Shown here: piece by piece, positions 55,104-64,000 of the stretch
Layout: the number at the start of each line of letters is the position of its first letter
Numbering within the stretch: the first letter of the stretch is position 1
Assembly: GCA_964554495.1 (NCBI GenBank)
Contig: CAZKOY010000012.1
Span: 1,665-65,664 of the forward strand
DNA: 64,000 nt
Reading direction: 5' to 3'
From: an uncultured Myxococcales bacterium
GTDB taxonomy: Bacteria; Myxococcota_A; Polyangia; Palsa-1104; JAEUJZ01
Program-made: the position numbers and the translations under genes
Notes under the pieces: model-generated
Database searches by the model: none
What the model was told of the DNA's origin: nothing
What the model saw: only the letters and a program-made list of their open reading frames with translations

Positions 55104-55487
55104 TTAGGCCTGCTCGGCGGGTTTGTCGCGGCTTAGGACTGCATCGCGTACCGAGTTGGCCAAGGCGGCCACTTGCGCAATCTGTTCGTCTTTGGCGCCT
55201 AGCTCGCGCAGGGTCGAGCCCAGGTGCTCGATCACGACATCAACATGGGAATCATTCAGCCCGTGCTGAAGCAGCTTGGCATGCGCTGTTCGCATGTCTC
55301 GGCCGGTGTAGTGATTGGGACCGCCACAGACCATCGTCAAAAAGGCCTTCTGCTTGGCCATCTGGCGATCCATGTCAACGTCCGAAAAGAAGCGCGCCAC
55401 GCGATCGTCGCTGAGCATCTTCCGATAGAAGATCTCGACCGCGGTATCAAAGGCAGCAGCTCCCCCCAGCTCTTCGTACAGACTCAT
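55104..55487 (-). CDS. glbN: Group I truncated hemoglobin (trHbN)
   Basis: ATG 55487 with GGGGGA RBS; SLYEELGG, FYRKMLSD, FF, QKAFL...GGP..YTGRDMRTAH, L.DSH. Confidence 0.9.
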   Translation of the reverse strand: MSLYEELGGAAAFDTAVEIFYRKMLSDDRVARFFSDVDMDRQMAKQKAFLTMVCGGPNHYTGRDMRTAHAKLLQHGLNDSHVDVVIEHLGSTLRELGAKDEQIAQVAALANSVRDAVLSRDKPAEQA

Positions 55488-55536
55488 TTCATCCCCCTTG
55501 TTGTTTGACTTGGCCTGCTCATCCGCGTGCAAGCGG

Positions 55537-55563
55537 ATATTACGCATCCCAGAAGCGTAATAT
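55537..55563. promoter_or_regulatory. Perfect 9-bp inverted repeat upstream of the globin operon (candidate operator)
   Basis: ATATTACGC-N9-GCGTAATAT, ~50 nt upstream of the globin ATG. Confidence 0.5.
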
Positions 55564-55706
55564 ATCGCGCCGCGCAAACGCAGAGCAAGGGGGCTGTTTA
55601 GGAGTCCGAATTCCGAAGCACAAGATCCGCTTTCAGAATCGGGAGTTAGGAGTGAGCGGGAGCGGAGAGCGGACTGCAGGGCGAGCGTGTGGCCGCTCGC
55701 GCGACT

Positions 55707-57056
55707 TCACTGTCGCGGCAAAGAGACGCCCAGCAAGCTGACGCACATCTCGTCGCCGCTGCCTTCGCCCCAGATCACATCGCGCGGCATCTGCTTTTGG
55801 CCGTCGAGCGTCGGCTGGTTAGCATGGCTATTGTCCCAGTGACATTCCAGCGTCAGCAGATCGCTGGACCTGGCGCGCACCGGCTGCTGCAGGGAATACG
55901 TCTGCTGCCAGCCAAACTGCCAGCGATCGATATCAAGCAGCGTCTGGCTGTTGATTCCCGTCGAGATCGTCTTGCCGAGCATGTGCATATGCGGCAGCAC
56001 CGAGGTGATCGAAAACTCGGTCACACTGGGCATGCGCAGGTACTTGAGGATCTGCGAGACCGGCGCGACCACCACCTGCTTGGCGTCGGCATCGCCGGCT
56101 TTGAGCTTGAGCCCCGGTGGATTGAGCAGCGGCAGGTAACGGACGAGATACTCAGGCGGCGTGCTGGCGAATTCCAGGCGGGTCTGTGTGCGATCGCCGA
56201 CGCCGCGATAGTTGGCCAGGTTGTAGTGCATCTGCACGACGAAGATCGAGCCTTTGGCGATCGGCGTACCTTGGTTGTCGGCCAAGCGATTGACGCCGCC
56301 TCCGACGGCCCAGGCAAGGACGATCTGCGCGCCGCCGACTCCGGCGCCACCGAAGCAGGTATAGCCGGGACCAGCTTCCGCAGCGTCTTTGGCCACAGCA
56401 TCGGCGACGTGAGCTGCATCGACTTCAAAGACGACCACGTGATGCGCGATGGCTTTGTTATCGGGCAGGACTTCGCCCGCGCGCAGATAGCGCACCTCGG
56501 GCAGGCCAGGGCTGGTGGGAGTGCCGGGGTCGACGATGAAGCAGCGATAGTCATCGGCGGCTTTTGTGGCGGGCTGATAGGTCGCACCGATGTCGAGCAC
56601 GAGATCGCCGCGCGCTTGTGCCGCTCGCTCGGCTTTGGGAATCTGCACGCGCGGGGTGGCTCCGGCTTCACCGGGCTCAGCCCCTTGCTGCAGCCAGTCG
56701 AGGAGGATCTTTTTGTGCGCAGGCTGCATGTCGCGGGCATAGCGCAGCGGAACACCCACCGGGGTCGGCAGCCAGGGCGGCATGCGGCCTGCCTCGACGG
56801 AAGTGCGGATGGCCGAGGCGGCGCCTTTGACCTGCGAGTAATCCGACAGAGCAAAGGGCGCAATGCCATCCTTGACGTGGCAGTCCCCGCAGTAGTGGTC
56901 GACGATGGGCTTGGCATCTTGCACATAGCTGAGCCGCTGGCCCGCTGTGTCGTTGGGTGGGGCGTCGTTCGCAGTCGGCGAGCATGCGAAAAAGGGTAGG
57001 GCGAAAAGCGACGAAAGACAGACGAACGAAGCGGGAAGGAAGCGTCGGATGGTCAT
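55707..57056 (-). CDS. Copper type II (PHM/DBH-like) monooxygenase lipoprotein with N-terminal heme c domain
   Basis: ATG 57056 with AGGAG RBS; lipobox FFAC; CGDCH...MPP; copper ligands HHVVV, QMHY, PHMH, EMC. Confidence 0.85.
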   Translation of the reverse strand: MTIRRFLPASFVCLSSLFALPFFACSPTANDAPPNDTAGQRLSYVQDAKPIVDHYCGDCHVKDGIAPFALSDYSQVKGAASAIRTSVEAGRMPPWLPTPVGVPLRYARDMQPAHKKILLDWLQQGAEPGEAGATPRVQIPKAERAAQARGDLVLDIGATYQPATKAADDYRCFIVDPGTPTSPGLPEVRYLRAGEVLPDNKAIAHHVVVFEVDAAHVADAVAKDAAEAGPGYTCFGGAGVGGAQIVLAWAVGGGVNRLADNQGTPIAKGSIFVVQMHYNLANYRGVGDRTQTRLEFASTPPEYLVRYLPLLNPPGLKLKAGDADAKQVVVAPVSQILKYLRMPSVTEFSITSVLPHMHMLGKTISTGINSQTLLDIDRWQFGWQQTYSLQQPVRARSSDLLTLECHWDNSHANQPTLDGQKQMPRDVIWGEGSGDEMCVSLLGVSLPRQ

Positions 57057-57115
57057 TGCGGGCTCCTGTGCGGAGCCGGGACTATAGCAGCGGCATTGCG
57101 GGACGATGTGGCGCG

Positions 57116-58936
57116 TCAGCCAAAGGCGATGGGCAGGACGCGGGCGACGAAGCGCGAGATGAGATCTTCGATGTCCTCGGCGCGGGCCATGGCCTGACGC
57201 CACGGCTCAGGAATCGCGCTGACGCCATAGCACAGACCGGCGAGGCCTCCGGTGACGCTGGCGATGGTATCGGTGTCGCCACCCAGGTTGACGGCGCGCA
57301 AAACGGCGTCTTCGTACGACTGCGTCGAAAGCAGACACCACACGCCGGCCTCCAGGGTCTGCACGACTTGACCACTCGACTGCACCTGATCGCGGGCCAG
57401 AAGCTCGATGCGTCCATCAAGCAGGCGATGGTAGTGCTGCAGCTCATCGGCATAGCGCGAGCTGTCGTAATAGGCGCGGGCGAACTGGTTGGCGCGCCGA
57501 TAGCCACCATGCGGCGATTCTCCGTCGAGAAGTGCCTTGGTGAGCACGGCATAATAGCCGCAGCCGATCTGCACACGGCTGTGGCGATGCGTCAGGGTCG
57601 CGGCTCGCTGTGCATAAAGCGCCAGGGTCGAATCGGACTCGCGAGGAAAGCGCAGGGCTAGCGGCAAGACACGGCTTAGGGGCCCGTTGTCGGTATCGCT
57701 TTCACTGCCCGCTTCTTCAGGTGGCACGCCGCTGCGCATGCGCCCGATGGCCGTGGCGGTGACGCTGCTGATGTCAAAGACCTGTCCGGCCGGCGTCATG
57801 TACGCGTGATCGAGAAAGCGCACGAAGCGCTGGGCGAGATCCGCGAGATCCAGCCTCTGCTGCAGCAGGCTGTACAGAGTGCAGAGCAAAAGCGTGCTGT
57901 CTTCTGACCAGGTACCCGGCGGGACCTTGTACGTGCCATAGCCTTGCAGATCGCGCACCGGGGCCTGATCGAGCACAGAGCGCAGCTTGAATTCGACGGG
58001 AACACCAAGTGCATCGCCGACGATCGCGCCCCAGAGCGCACCGCGGACGCGCTCTTCAAAGCGGGCGCGTATAAGCGGCGAGGCGTGCGGCGGGTTCGAT
58101 GGCTGAGGCGGGCGCAGATAGCCGGGCGGCACCGAAGACGCAGCGGGCGGGACCGCGGACGGCACGCGCAAGTGACCACTGACCGAGGTCGGTGGCTGCG
58201 AAGGGCGAGGCTCTGTGGGACCAAGAAGTAGCTCTGCGCTGTTTTCCTGCGCGAGCACGCTTTGATAGGTCTGGTACGTTGTGCGATCGAAGCAGACGAA
58301 GAGGACTTTTTTCAGGCTGTCGCTGCGTCGCAGCGCGCTTGCGACTTCGCGCACGGCGATGCGAGCCGCCGGCAAGAGCGGATAGCCATAGACGCCAGTG
58401 CTGATGGCGGGGAAGGCAAGCGTCTGAACACCGTGTGCCAGGGCCACTTCGATGCAGCGACGATAGCAGCGCGCCAAGAGCTCTGGTTCGTTGCGGCTGC
58501 CGCCGTACCAGACGGGCCCGACGGTGTGGATGATGTGGCGGGCCGGCAGGTTGTAGCCGCGCGTGATCTTGGCATCGCCCGTGCTGCAGCCGCCGAGGGT
58601 GCGGCATTCCGCGAGCAGGGCAGGGCCTGCCGCGTGATGAATGGCACCGTCCACGCCGCTGCCGCCAAGCAGCGAGTTGTTGGCTGCGTTGACAATGGCA
58701 TCGACGGGCAGGGTGACGATGTCTCCGAGCAGCACTTCGATTCGCTGTCGGGCGTCGGCGAAGCCCGAGCCCTGCTGACTCGGCGGGCCCAGCGTGCCGC
58801 TTGCTTCCTTGCCGCCATCCTTGGCTGGCGTCGGAACACTTTGGCCAGCCGCCGATGTGCCTGCCCCGTCCCCTGGCTGGCCCCCCGAACTTGTCGTTCC
58901 GGGGCTGGAAGCCGGCCGCTCGTCGCGAACACCCAT
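57116..58936 (-). CDS. MacroD-type macrodomain fused to ADP-ribosylglycohydrolase (ARH/DraG family)
   Basis: Macro: GDIV, VNAAN, GGSGVDGAIH, IHTVGP, FPAISTGVYGYP. ARH: GAIVGDALG, NG...R, AVNLGGDTDT...GGLAG. Pro-rich linker between them. Confidence 0.9.
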   Translation of the reverse strand: MGVRDERPASSPGTTSSGGQPGDGAGTSAAGQSVPTPAKDGGKEASGTLGPPSQQGSGFADARQRIEVLLGDIVTLPVDAIVNAANNSLLGGSGVDGAIHHAAGPALLAECRTLGGCSTGDAKITRGYNLPARHIIHTVGPVWYGGSRNEPELLARCYRRCIEVALAHGVQTLAFPAISTGVYGYPLLPAARIAVREVASALRRSDSLKKVLFVCFDRTTYQTYQSVLAQENSAELLLGPTEPRPSQPPTSVSGHLRVPSAVPPAASSVPPGYLRPPQPSNPPHASPLIRARFEERVRGALWGAIVGDALGVPVEFKLRSVLDQAPVRDLQGYGTYKVPPGTWSEDSTLLLCTLYSLLQQRLDLADLAQRFVRFLDHAYMTPAGQVFDISSVTATAIGRMRSGVPPEEAGSESDTDNGPLSRVLPLALRFPRESDSTLALYAQRAATLTHRHSRVQIGCGYYAVLTKALLDGESPHGGYRRANQFARAYYDSSRYADELQHYHRLLDGRIELLARDQVQSSGQVVQTLEAGVWCLLSTQSYEDAVLRAVNLGGDTDTIASVTGGLAGLCYGVSAIPEPWRQAMARAEDIEDLISRFVARVLPIAFG

Positions 58937-58990
58937 GGACGCATTCTATCATCTTGCTCCCAGGCCCAAGCGCCGTGATGATGCCGCGCC

Positions 58991-59986
58991 ATGAACCAGC
59001 CGATCCTGCCATCCCGCGACGCTGCCCCCATCTCCCGTCGTCCCCTGTATCCCCCATGCGAGCCCTATGCCAGCGGTCACCTGCGCGTCTCGCCGGTCCA
59101 CGAGATCTATTACGAAGTCTCGGGCAATCCACAGGGTCTGCCGGTGGTCTTTGTTCACGGTGGGCCGGGCAGTGGCACCGAACCGAATCAGCGTCGGTTC
59201 TTTGATCCTTCGGCCTATCGCATCGTGCTGTTCGATCAGCGTGGCGCTGGTCGCAGCCGACCGCATGCGTCGCTGGTCGACAACACCACCTGGCATCTTG
59301 TCGCGGACATGGAACAGCTTCGCATGCACCTGGGCATCCAGCGCTGGGTGGTCTTCGGTGGCTCGTGGGGCAGCACGCTCAGCTTGGCCTATGCGCAGAG
59401 CCATCCCGAAAACGTCGCCGGTCTGATCCTGCGCGGCATCTTCCTGCTGTCGCGGCGCGAGACGCAGTGGTTCTATCAAGACGGCGCCTGCCAGCTTTTC
59501 CCCGAGGGCTGGGAAGAGTTTCTGGCCCCCATTCCGCCCGACGAGCGCGGCGATCTGGTCGCTGCCTATCACCGTCGCTTGACCTGCGGCGATCCGCAGA
59601 TTGAACAGAAAGCGGCGCATGCTTGGAGCCTTTGGGAAGCGCGCACCAGCAAGCTGCTTGAGGACCCAGCGGTGATTGCTCGCTTTACCGCGGATCATTT
59701 CGCCCTGTCGATCGCGCGGATCGAAGCGCACTACTTCATGAATGACGGCTTTCTGCGCACGCCGGATCAGCTACTCGATGACGTGGCGCGTATTCGCCAC
59801 ATCCCTGCGGTGATCGTGCAAGGACGCTATGACGTAGTCTGCCCAATGGAGGCCGCCTGGAAGCTGCATCGCGTCTGGCCAGAGGCTGATCTGCGCGTTG
59901 TCCCCGACGCTGGGCACGCCGCCAGCGAGCCCGGCATCCTGCACGAGCTTGTCAGCGCAACCGACCGCTTCCGCACGCTGCGCTAG
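58991..59986 (+). CDS. pip: Proline iminopeptidase (prolyl aminopeptidase)
   Basis: HGGPGSG, DQRGAGRS, GGSWGSTL, LRGIF, QGRYDVVCP, AGH. Confidence 0.95.
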   Translation: MNQPILPSRDAAPISRRPLYPPCEPYASGHLRVSPVHEIYYEVSGNPQGLPVVFVHGGPGSGTEPNQRRFFDPSAYRIVLFDQRGAGRSRPHASLVDNTTWHLVADMEQLRMHLGIQRWVVFGGSWGSTLSLAYAQSHPENVAGLILRGIFLLSRRETQWFYQDGACQLFPEGWEEFLAPIPPDERGDLVAAYHRRLTCGDPQIEQKAAHAWSLWEARTSKLLEDPAVIARFTADHFALSIARIEAHYFMNDGFLRTPDQLLDDVARIRHIPAVIVQGRYDVVCPMEAAWKLHRVWPEADLRVVPDAGHAASEPGILHELVSATDRFRTLR

Positions 59987-60140
59987 AAGCGGCTCTGCCA
60001 GCTATCCACACGACTCTCCGGTTGAGCGACGGGTAGGGGGCTCGTGATACGATCGTGCGGGTTTTTCCCTGCGCGCTTGCTGAGGCGAGGGCCTATCGCG
60101 GACCTGATGCCTCTGCGCAGCATCCAACCGGGGGTCGTTG

Positions 60141-62726
60141 ATGGGATTGTCTCGCTGTCTCGTGGTCTTTCTGCTGGCTGTGCTGGCATCGACTTGCTCT
60201 TCACAGTCCGTCATTGTGCTCAATATTGATCGCAGTCCTGATGGAGCGGTCGCACTTCGCGTCCGTGCGACGCTTGAGGGCCAAGCGGATCACGACGCGA
60301 GCTATGGACCGCATACGCGGCGCATCGAAATCCACGTGCCCGAAGGAGCAAGTGGCACGGTCAAGATCGAGCTACAGGGGCTGGATGCAGAAAAATGCAA
60401 AGTGGCGCTGGCCTTCCTGCGCGTACCGGTACCAGACGGCTTGAACCGAACCAGCGAGCACAACGTCGAGTTCGTGAAGCTGTTCGAGACGCTGTGCCCC
60501 CTTACCGTGGGCGTATCTGGGTCAGAGGGAGCGACGGGGCAGGTTCGCTCGGACCCGCCGCGTATCCAATGCACAGGCAGCGAGGCGACGTGCAGCGCGG
60601 ACTTCCCCAAAGGCGCCTCGGTGACCTTGACCGCCACCTCGCCGACGGCCTATCCCATCTTTGAGGGAGCCTGTGAAGGTCCATCCTCGACGTGCCTGCT
60701 GGCGATGGGTCGGGCGCAGCAGGTGCAGGCGACATTTTCTCCTTCAGTCTGCAGCCAAGACAAGTGGTGCTGGCTGAATCCTCTGCCCCAAGGCAACTCG
60801 CTGTCGGCAGCGCGCCGCGTACAGAATGGCGCCGTCGTTGTCGCGGGCCGAGCCGGACAGCTTCTGCGCTGCAGCGGGTCCTCGTGTACGCGGCAAAACG
60901 CGGGCACGTCACAGGCTCTTCGAGCTGTCTGGGGCAGCGGTACAGACGAGTTCTATGTGGTCGGCAGTGCCGGTACCGTGATGCGCTGCGGCGATGGCTC
61001 CAGTCCCTGCACGCGCCTCAGCTCTAGTACCGTGCAGGAGCTTCTTGCCGTCTGGGGAAGCGACGCGGCCAATGTCTACGCCGTGGGCACAGGAGGAACC
61101 ATCGTTCGCTGCGAGGCCGCATCCACCGTCTGCACCCTGCTTTCGTCCGGCACAGCAGAGACTCTTAACTCGGTGTGGGGGAGTGACGCGGCCAACGTCT
61201 ATGCCGTCGGTGAAAATGGTGCCCTGGTGCGCTGCTCAGCCGGATCCACCACCTGTACTCCTTTGAGCACGGATGTTCCGTTCCCACAGTCGTTCAATGC
61301 CGTCTGGGGCAGCGACGCGGCCAATGTCTATGCCGTGGGCACGCGCGGTGCGGTGGTGCGCTGCGCGGCTGGGCTAGGCACCTGCAGTGAGCTGTCAACG
61401 GGAACCCTTGGGTCGTTCAACGCCGTCTGGGGAGTCGATGCACACCAGGTCTATGCCATCGGGGATAGCGATGCGATGGTGCGCTGTTCTGCCGGGTCGA
61501 GCACCTGTACCGCGCTGTGGACTCCCGACCCGCAGTACTTCACGTCTATCTGGGGCAGCGACGCCGACCATGTCTATGCCGTGGGCATCGGCGGTGCAGC
61601 GATGCGCTGCTCGGCGGGGTTGAACGTCTGCACGCCGCTTTACTCGGGGACGTCGCGGTCTCTTTACTCGGTCTGGGGGGCCGACGCGGACCATGTCTAT
61701 GCCGTCGGTGAAAACGGTACGGTGGTGCGCTGCACAGCCAAGTCCAACACGTGTACTCCTTTGTCCTACAGTGGCTTGGACGGCTACACAACCACAGCGG
61801 AAGCAGAGGCCGGCAGCGTCATCGCTCTGGGCAGCAACGGCAAGGGGATGCGCTGCACAGCGGATAGCAGCCTCTGCACTCCGGTGAGCAGCGGCGTTTC
61901 AAGCTCGTTCGTTTCGTCGTGGGGAAGCAAAGCGGGCAACGTCTACGCCGCAGGCTTCTACGGGACCGTGATTCGTTGCGCGGCTGGCTCGAACGACTGC
62001 ACGCACTTAACTTCTGGCACGACGCGGCATCTCAAGTCCGTGTGGGGCAGCGATGACAGCAGTGTCTACGCCGTCGGCGATCTTGGAACGATCGTACGCT
62101 GCACATCGAAGTCCGATTTCTGCTTCGCGCTGAATTCCGGCACGACGGCCTTTCTGCAAGCGATCTGGGGCAGCGACGAAGGCAATGTCTACGCCGTCGG
62201 TACGGGTGGCACCTTGGTGCGCTGCGCCGCTGGCTCCAGTACCTGCACGCCCCTGTCTTCTGGCACGGCGGCCTCGCTATCTGCGGTGTGGGGCAGCGAC
62301 GCGGCCAATGTCTATGCGATTGGATCGGGCGGTGCGGTAGTGCGCTGCGCTGCCGGGTCCAGCACCTGCACCGTGTTGCCCACGGGTACCACGCAGGGGC
62401 TCAATGCGGTGTGGGGCAGCGACGCAAACAACGTCTACGCCGTCGGCTGGGATGGTGCAGTCGTGCGTTGTGCCGCGGGGGCCACGACCTGTGTCCCGCT
62501 GAACTCGGGCACGACGAAATACCTTCATTCGGTGCGGGGCAGCGACGCCGCCAACGTCTATGCCGTCGGAGATCAAGGTGCCATGGTGCGCTGCTCGGCG
62601 GGGTCCAGCACCTGCCCCCCTGTGCCTGCCGTCACGTCGGAGACTCTGCGGGCTGTTTGGGCGGACAGCACGGGCATCCTCTATGTCGTGGGCTATGGCG
62701 GCATCATCTTGCGACGCCGACCATAG
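60141..62726 (+). CDS. Exported protein with an InlB-B-like domain and 16 ~41-aa WG/beta-propeller repeats, most with a C-x6-C pair
   Basis: Signal/lipobox-like ASTC; SVTLTAT...GAC.G...C (B-repeat-like); repeat consensus SGTxxxLxxVWGSDAANVYAVGxxGxxVRCxAGSxTCTxL. Confidence 0.85.
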   Translation: MGLSRCLVVFLLAVLASTCSSQSVIVLNIDRSPDGAVALRVRATLEGQADHDASYGPHTRRIEIHVPEGASGTVKIELQGLDAEKCKVALAFLRVPVPDGLNRTSEHNVEFVKLFETLCPLTVGVSGSEGATGQVRSDPPRIQCTGSEATCSADFPKGASVTLTATSPTAYPIFEGACEGPSSTCLLAMGRAQQVQATFSPSVCSQDKWCWLNPLPQGNSLSAARRVQNGAVVVAGRAGQLLRCSGSSCTRQNAGTSQALRAVWGSGTDEFYVVGSAGTVMRCGDGSSPCTRLSSSTVQELLAVWGSDAANVYAVGTGGTIVRCEAASTVCTLLSSGTAETLNSVWGSDAANVYAVGENGALVRCSAGSTTCTPLSTDVPFPQSFNAVWGSDAANVYAVGTRGAVVRCAAGLGTCSELSTGTLGSFNAVWGVDAHQVYAIGDSDAMVRCSAGSSTCTALWTPDPQYFTSIWGSDADHVYAVGIGGAAMRCSAGLNVCTPLYSGTSRSLYSVWGADADHVYAVGENGTVVRCTAKSNTCTPLSYSGLDGYTTTAEAEAGSVIALGSNGKGMRCTADSSLCTPVSSGVSSSFVSSWGSKAGNVYAAGFYGTVIRCAAGSNDCTHLTSGTTRHLKSVWGSDDSSVYAVGDLGTIVRCTSKSDFCFALNSGTTAFLQAIWGSDEGNVYAVGTGGTLVRCAAGSSTCTPLSSGTAASLSAVWGSDAANVYAIGSGGAVVRCAAGSSTCTVLPTGTTQGLNAVWGSDANNVYAVGWDGAVVRCAAGATTCVPLNSGTTKYLHSVRGSDAANVYAVGDQGAMVRCSAGSSTCPPVPAVTSETLRAVWADSTGILYVVGYGGIILRRRP

Positions 62727-62761
62727 GCTGGCCCCTCGCCTATCACTGCGCACGCCGTCGA

Positions 62762-63769
62762 TCAGCGATTGGGAATTGTCTCTGCCTCGCGTCGCTTCGT
62801 ATCGTTTTCTGCGGACGCCTGCGGCGAAACGGACAGCGCCTGCCACGCGCTCGTCAGTCGGGCACTGCGCGCTTGGCCTGCGACGGCTAGCAAGCGCTGA
62901 TCCCGCTGAAAGCGAGCAGCGACGGCAGCATCGACCTGCGCCCACTGCGGCACCGTATCTTGCACGAAGCGCGCCGTCGCTGTAATCGCGCCCGAGAGCG
63001 CCACATGCACGACGGGCGAAAGCGGTGGAGCAGCGGCAAGTGGCAGCAGCGCACATACGATCGACAGCGCATCGGCCACCTGCTCGCGCGGCCAAGCAAA
63101 GCGGCGCGCGATCTGGATCAGGTAACCCAAGACAGCCGCATGCACGTGCAGATCTTCGATCGTGCGGAACGGCTTCAAATAGCGCAGGTATCCGTCGCCG
63201 GGCAGGACCTCGGCCGCTGCCACCTCAACCTGCAAGAATGAAACGCTGGCGTGGGGGATCTCGGGGACAAACGGGGTCGCGGGGGCTTCGTGCAACGTGA
63301 CGCCTGCGCGGTCGCTGGGAATGCACACCGCCGCGAGCTGACTGCGGCCCTGCTCGTCAAGTCCGCGGCGGGCGATCACCAAAAGCCAGCGGGCCAGCGC
63401 GCCCAGCGTCACAAAGCGCTTGCGACCGCTTAGCACCAGCGCTGAGTCGGCATCATCCGCCATGCGCGGGCCCAGGGTTGTCTGGATAGCCCGCGGCTGC
63501 ACACCGCCCTCTTCCGTCGCGCACAAGGCCATGGACGGCATGGACTGCGACTCAAGCGGCGTCCCCATGAGCAGTCGCCCCAGCGCTTCCTGATAGCCCG
63601 CCGCGAAGGCATAGCCCAGGCGATCGGCGAGAAAACCAGCGGCCGCCGCCCGCTCGATAGACGTCGAAAAGGGCAGCGCTTCGCGCGCAAGCAGCCACTC
63701 GTACGCGCTCGACAGCGGACGGATGGCATCGGTCGGCGAGTGCAACAAAAACGTGCAGAGCGCTTCCAT
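62762..63769 (-). CDS. Acyl-CoA dehydrogenase family protein
   Basis: ATG 63769 with AAGGGA RBS; ALCATEEGG, LSGRKRFVTLG, PEIPHA.V.F, FRTIED. Confidence 0.8.
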   Translation of the reverse strand: MEALCTFLLHSPTDAIRPLSSAYEWLLAREALPFSTSIERAAAAGFLADRLGYAFAAGYQEALGRLLMGTPLESQSMPSMALCATEEGGVQPRAIQTTLGPRMADDADSALVLSGRKRFVTLGALARWLLVIARRGLDEQGRSQLAAVCIPSDRAGVTLHEAPATPFVPEIPHASVSFLQVEVAAAEVLPGDGYLRYLKPFRTIEDLHVHAAVLGYLIQIARRFAWPREQVADALSIVCALLPLAAAPPLSPVVHVALSGAITATARFVQDTVPQWAQVDAAVAARFQRDQRLLAVAGQARSARLTSAWQALSVSPQASAENDTKRREAETIPNR

Positions 63770-63818
63770 GGCTTCCCTTTCTCGTCGCGCCACCCGACGA
63801 AGCGTCTCCGCGGGTCGA

Positions 63819-64000
63819 TCAGTTTTCCAGGTCGTCGTTGTCGCTGGGCGAGACCTCGGGGCGTCGGAAGCGATGCACCTTGCCACCGTCGACAGCGGTC
63901 AGCTCAGGGCGATCTTTGACCACGGCGATGACGACCACCTCACCCAAGGACACGGCCAGATCCGGCGGATCTTCGGGGCGCTCAGCCAGAAGCAAAAAGC
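63819..64000 (-). CDS. C-terminal end of an unidentified protein (runs off right edge)
   Basis: Open frame FLLLAERPEDPPDLAVSLGEVVVIAVVKDRPELTAVDGGKVHRFRRPEVSPSDNDDLEN* ending at TGA 63819, 49 nt before the acyl-CoA dehydrogenase start. Confidence 0.55.
   Translation of the reverse strand, partial: FLLLAERPEDPPDLAVSLGEVVVIAVVKDRPELTAVDGGKVHRFRRPEVSPSDNDDLEN

Noticed and set aside
11051-59132. Long alternative-frame ORFs (e.g. 11051..12061, 13659..14966, 17253..18293, 44800..45804, 55689..56999, 58056..59132)
   Set aside because: Each lies antisense to or out of frame within a well-supported gene, is Arg/Ala/Pro-rich and has no motifs, as is typical of high-GC shadow ORFs.
60900-62600. Regularly spaced near-identical ~25-bp motifs resembling a CRISPR array
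   Set aside because: The period is ~123 nt, in frame, with synonymous variation; these are protein repeats and no cas genes are present.

Overview
GC-rich (~65-70%) bacterial DNA whose gene content (many Ser/Thr kinases, FHA, PEGA, sigma54 activator, Cys-rich lipoproteins) suggests Myxococcota; the taxon is inferred. No rRNA, tRNA or CRISPR array was seen. Left to right: (1) a partial ECF sigma factor missed by the ORF track; a heme/redox module (two paralogous c-type cytochrome lipoproteins, a 4-His cytochrome b561-like protein, YceI); an OmpR-type two-component system and czcCBA. (2) A 13-kb, five-gene, tightly coupled minus-strand unit (12414-25398) with low-GC patches: a giant Ser/Thr kinase-AAA-GAF-PP2C protein, SiaB-like kinase, SiaC-like STAS protein, kinase-STAND-TPR protein and a stand-alone A-T-R NRPS-like reductase. 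This is the best candidate for an undescribed system: a SiaABC-type partner switch with no diguanylate cyclase, apparently wired to a kinase/NLR-like protein and an amino-aldehyde-forming enzyme. (3) A C-terminally cut FG-GAP lipoprotein, ppa, an orphan LanM-type dehydratase (DUF4135) and a solo tyrosine integrase. (4) A ~19-kb kinase/FHA/sigma54 signalling neighbourhood with candidate -24/-12 promoters and lipoproteins that have GC-rich ends but AT-rich cores. (5) DHH phosphoesterase, MCP, QPQG-repeat protein, truncated globin plus reductase, heme-fused copper monooxygenase, macrodomain-ARH fusion, pip, a 16-repeat Cys-stapled propeller protein and an acyl-CoA dehydrogenase. All family calls come from motif recognition by eye; no database search was run. 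GC figures are hand counts of single 60-nt lines.
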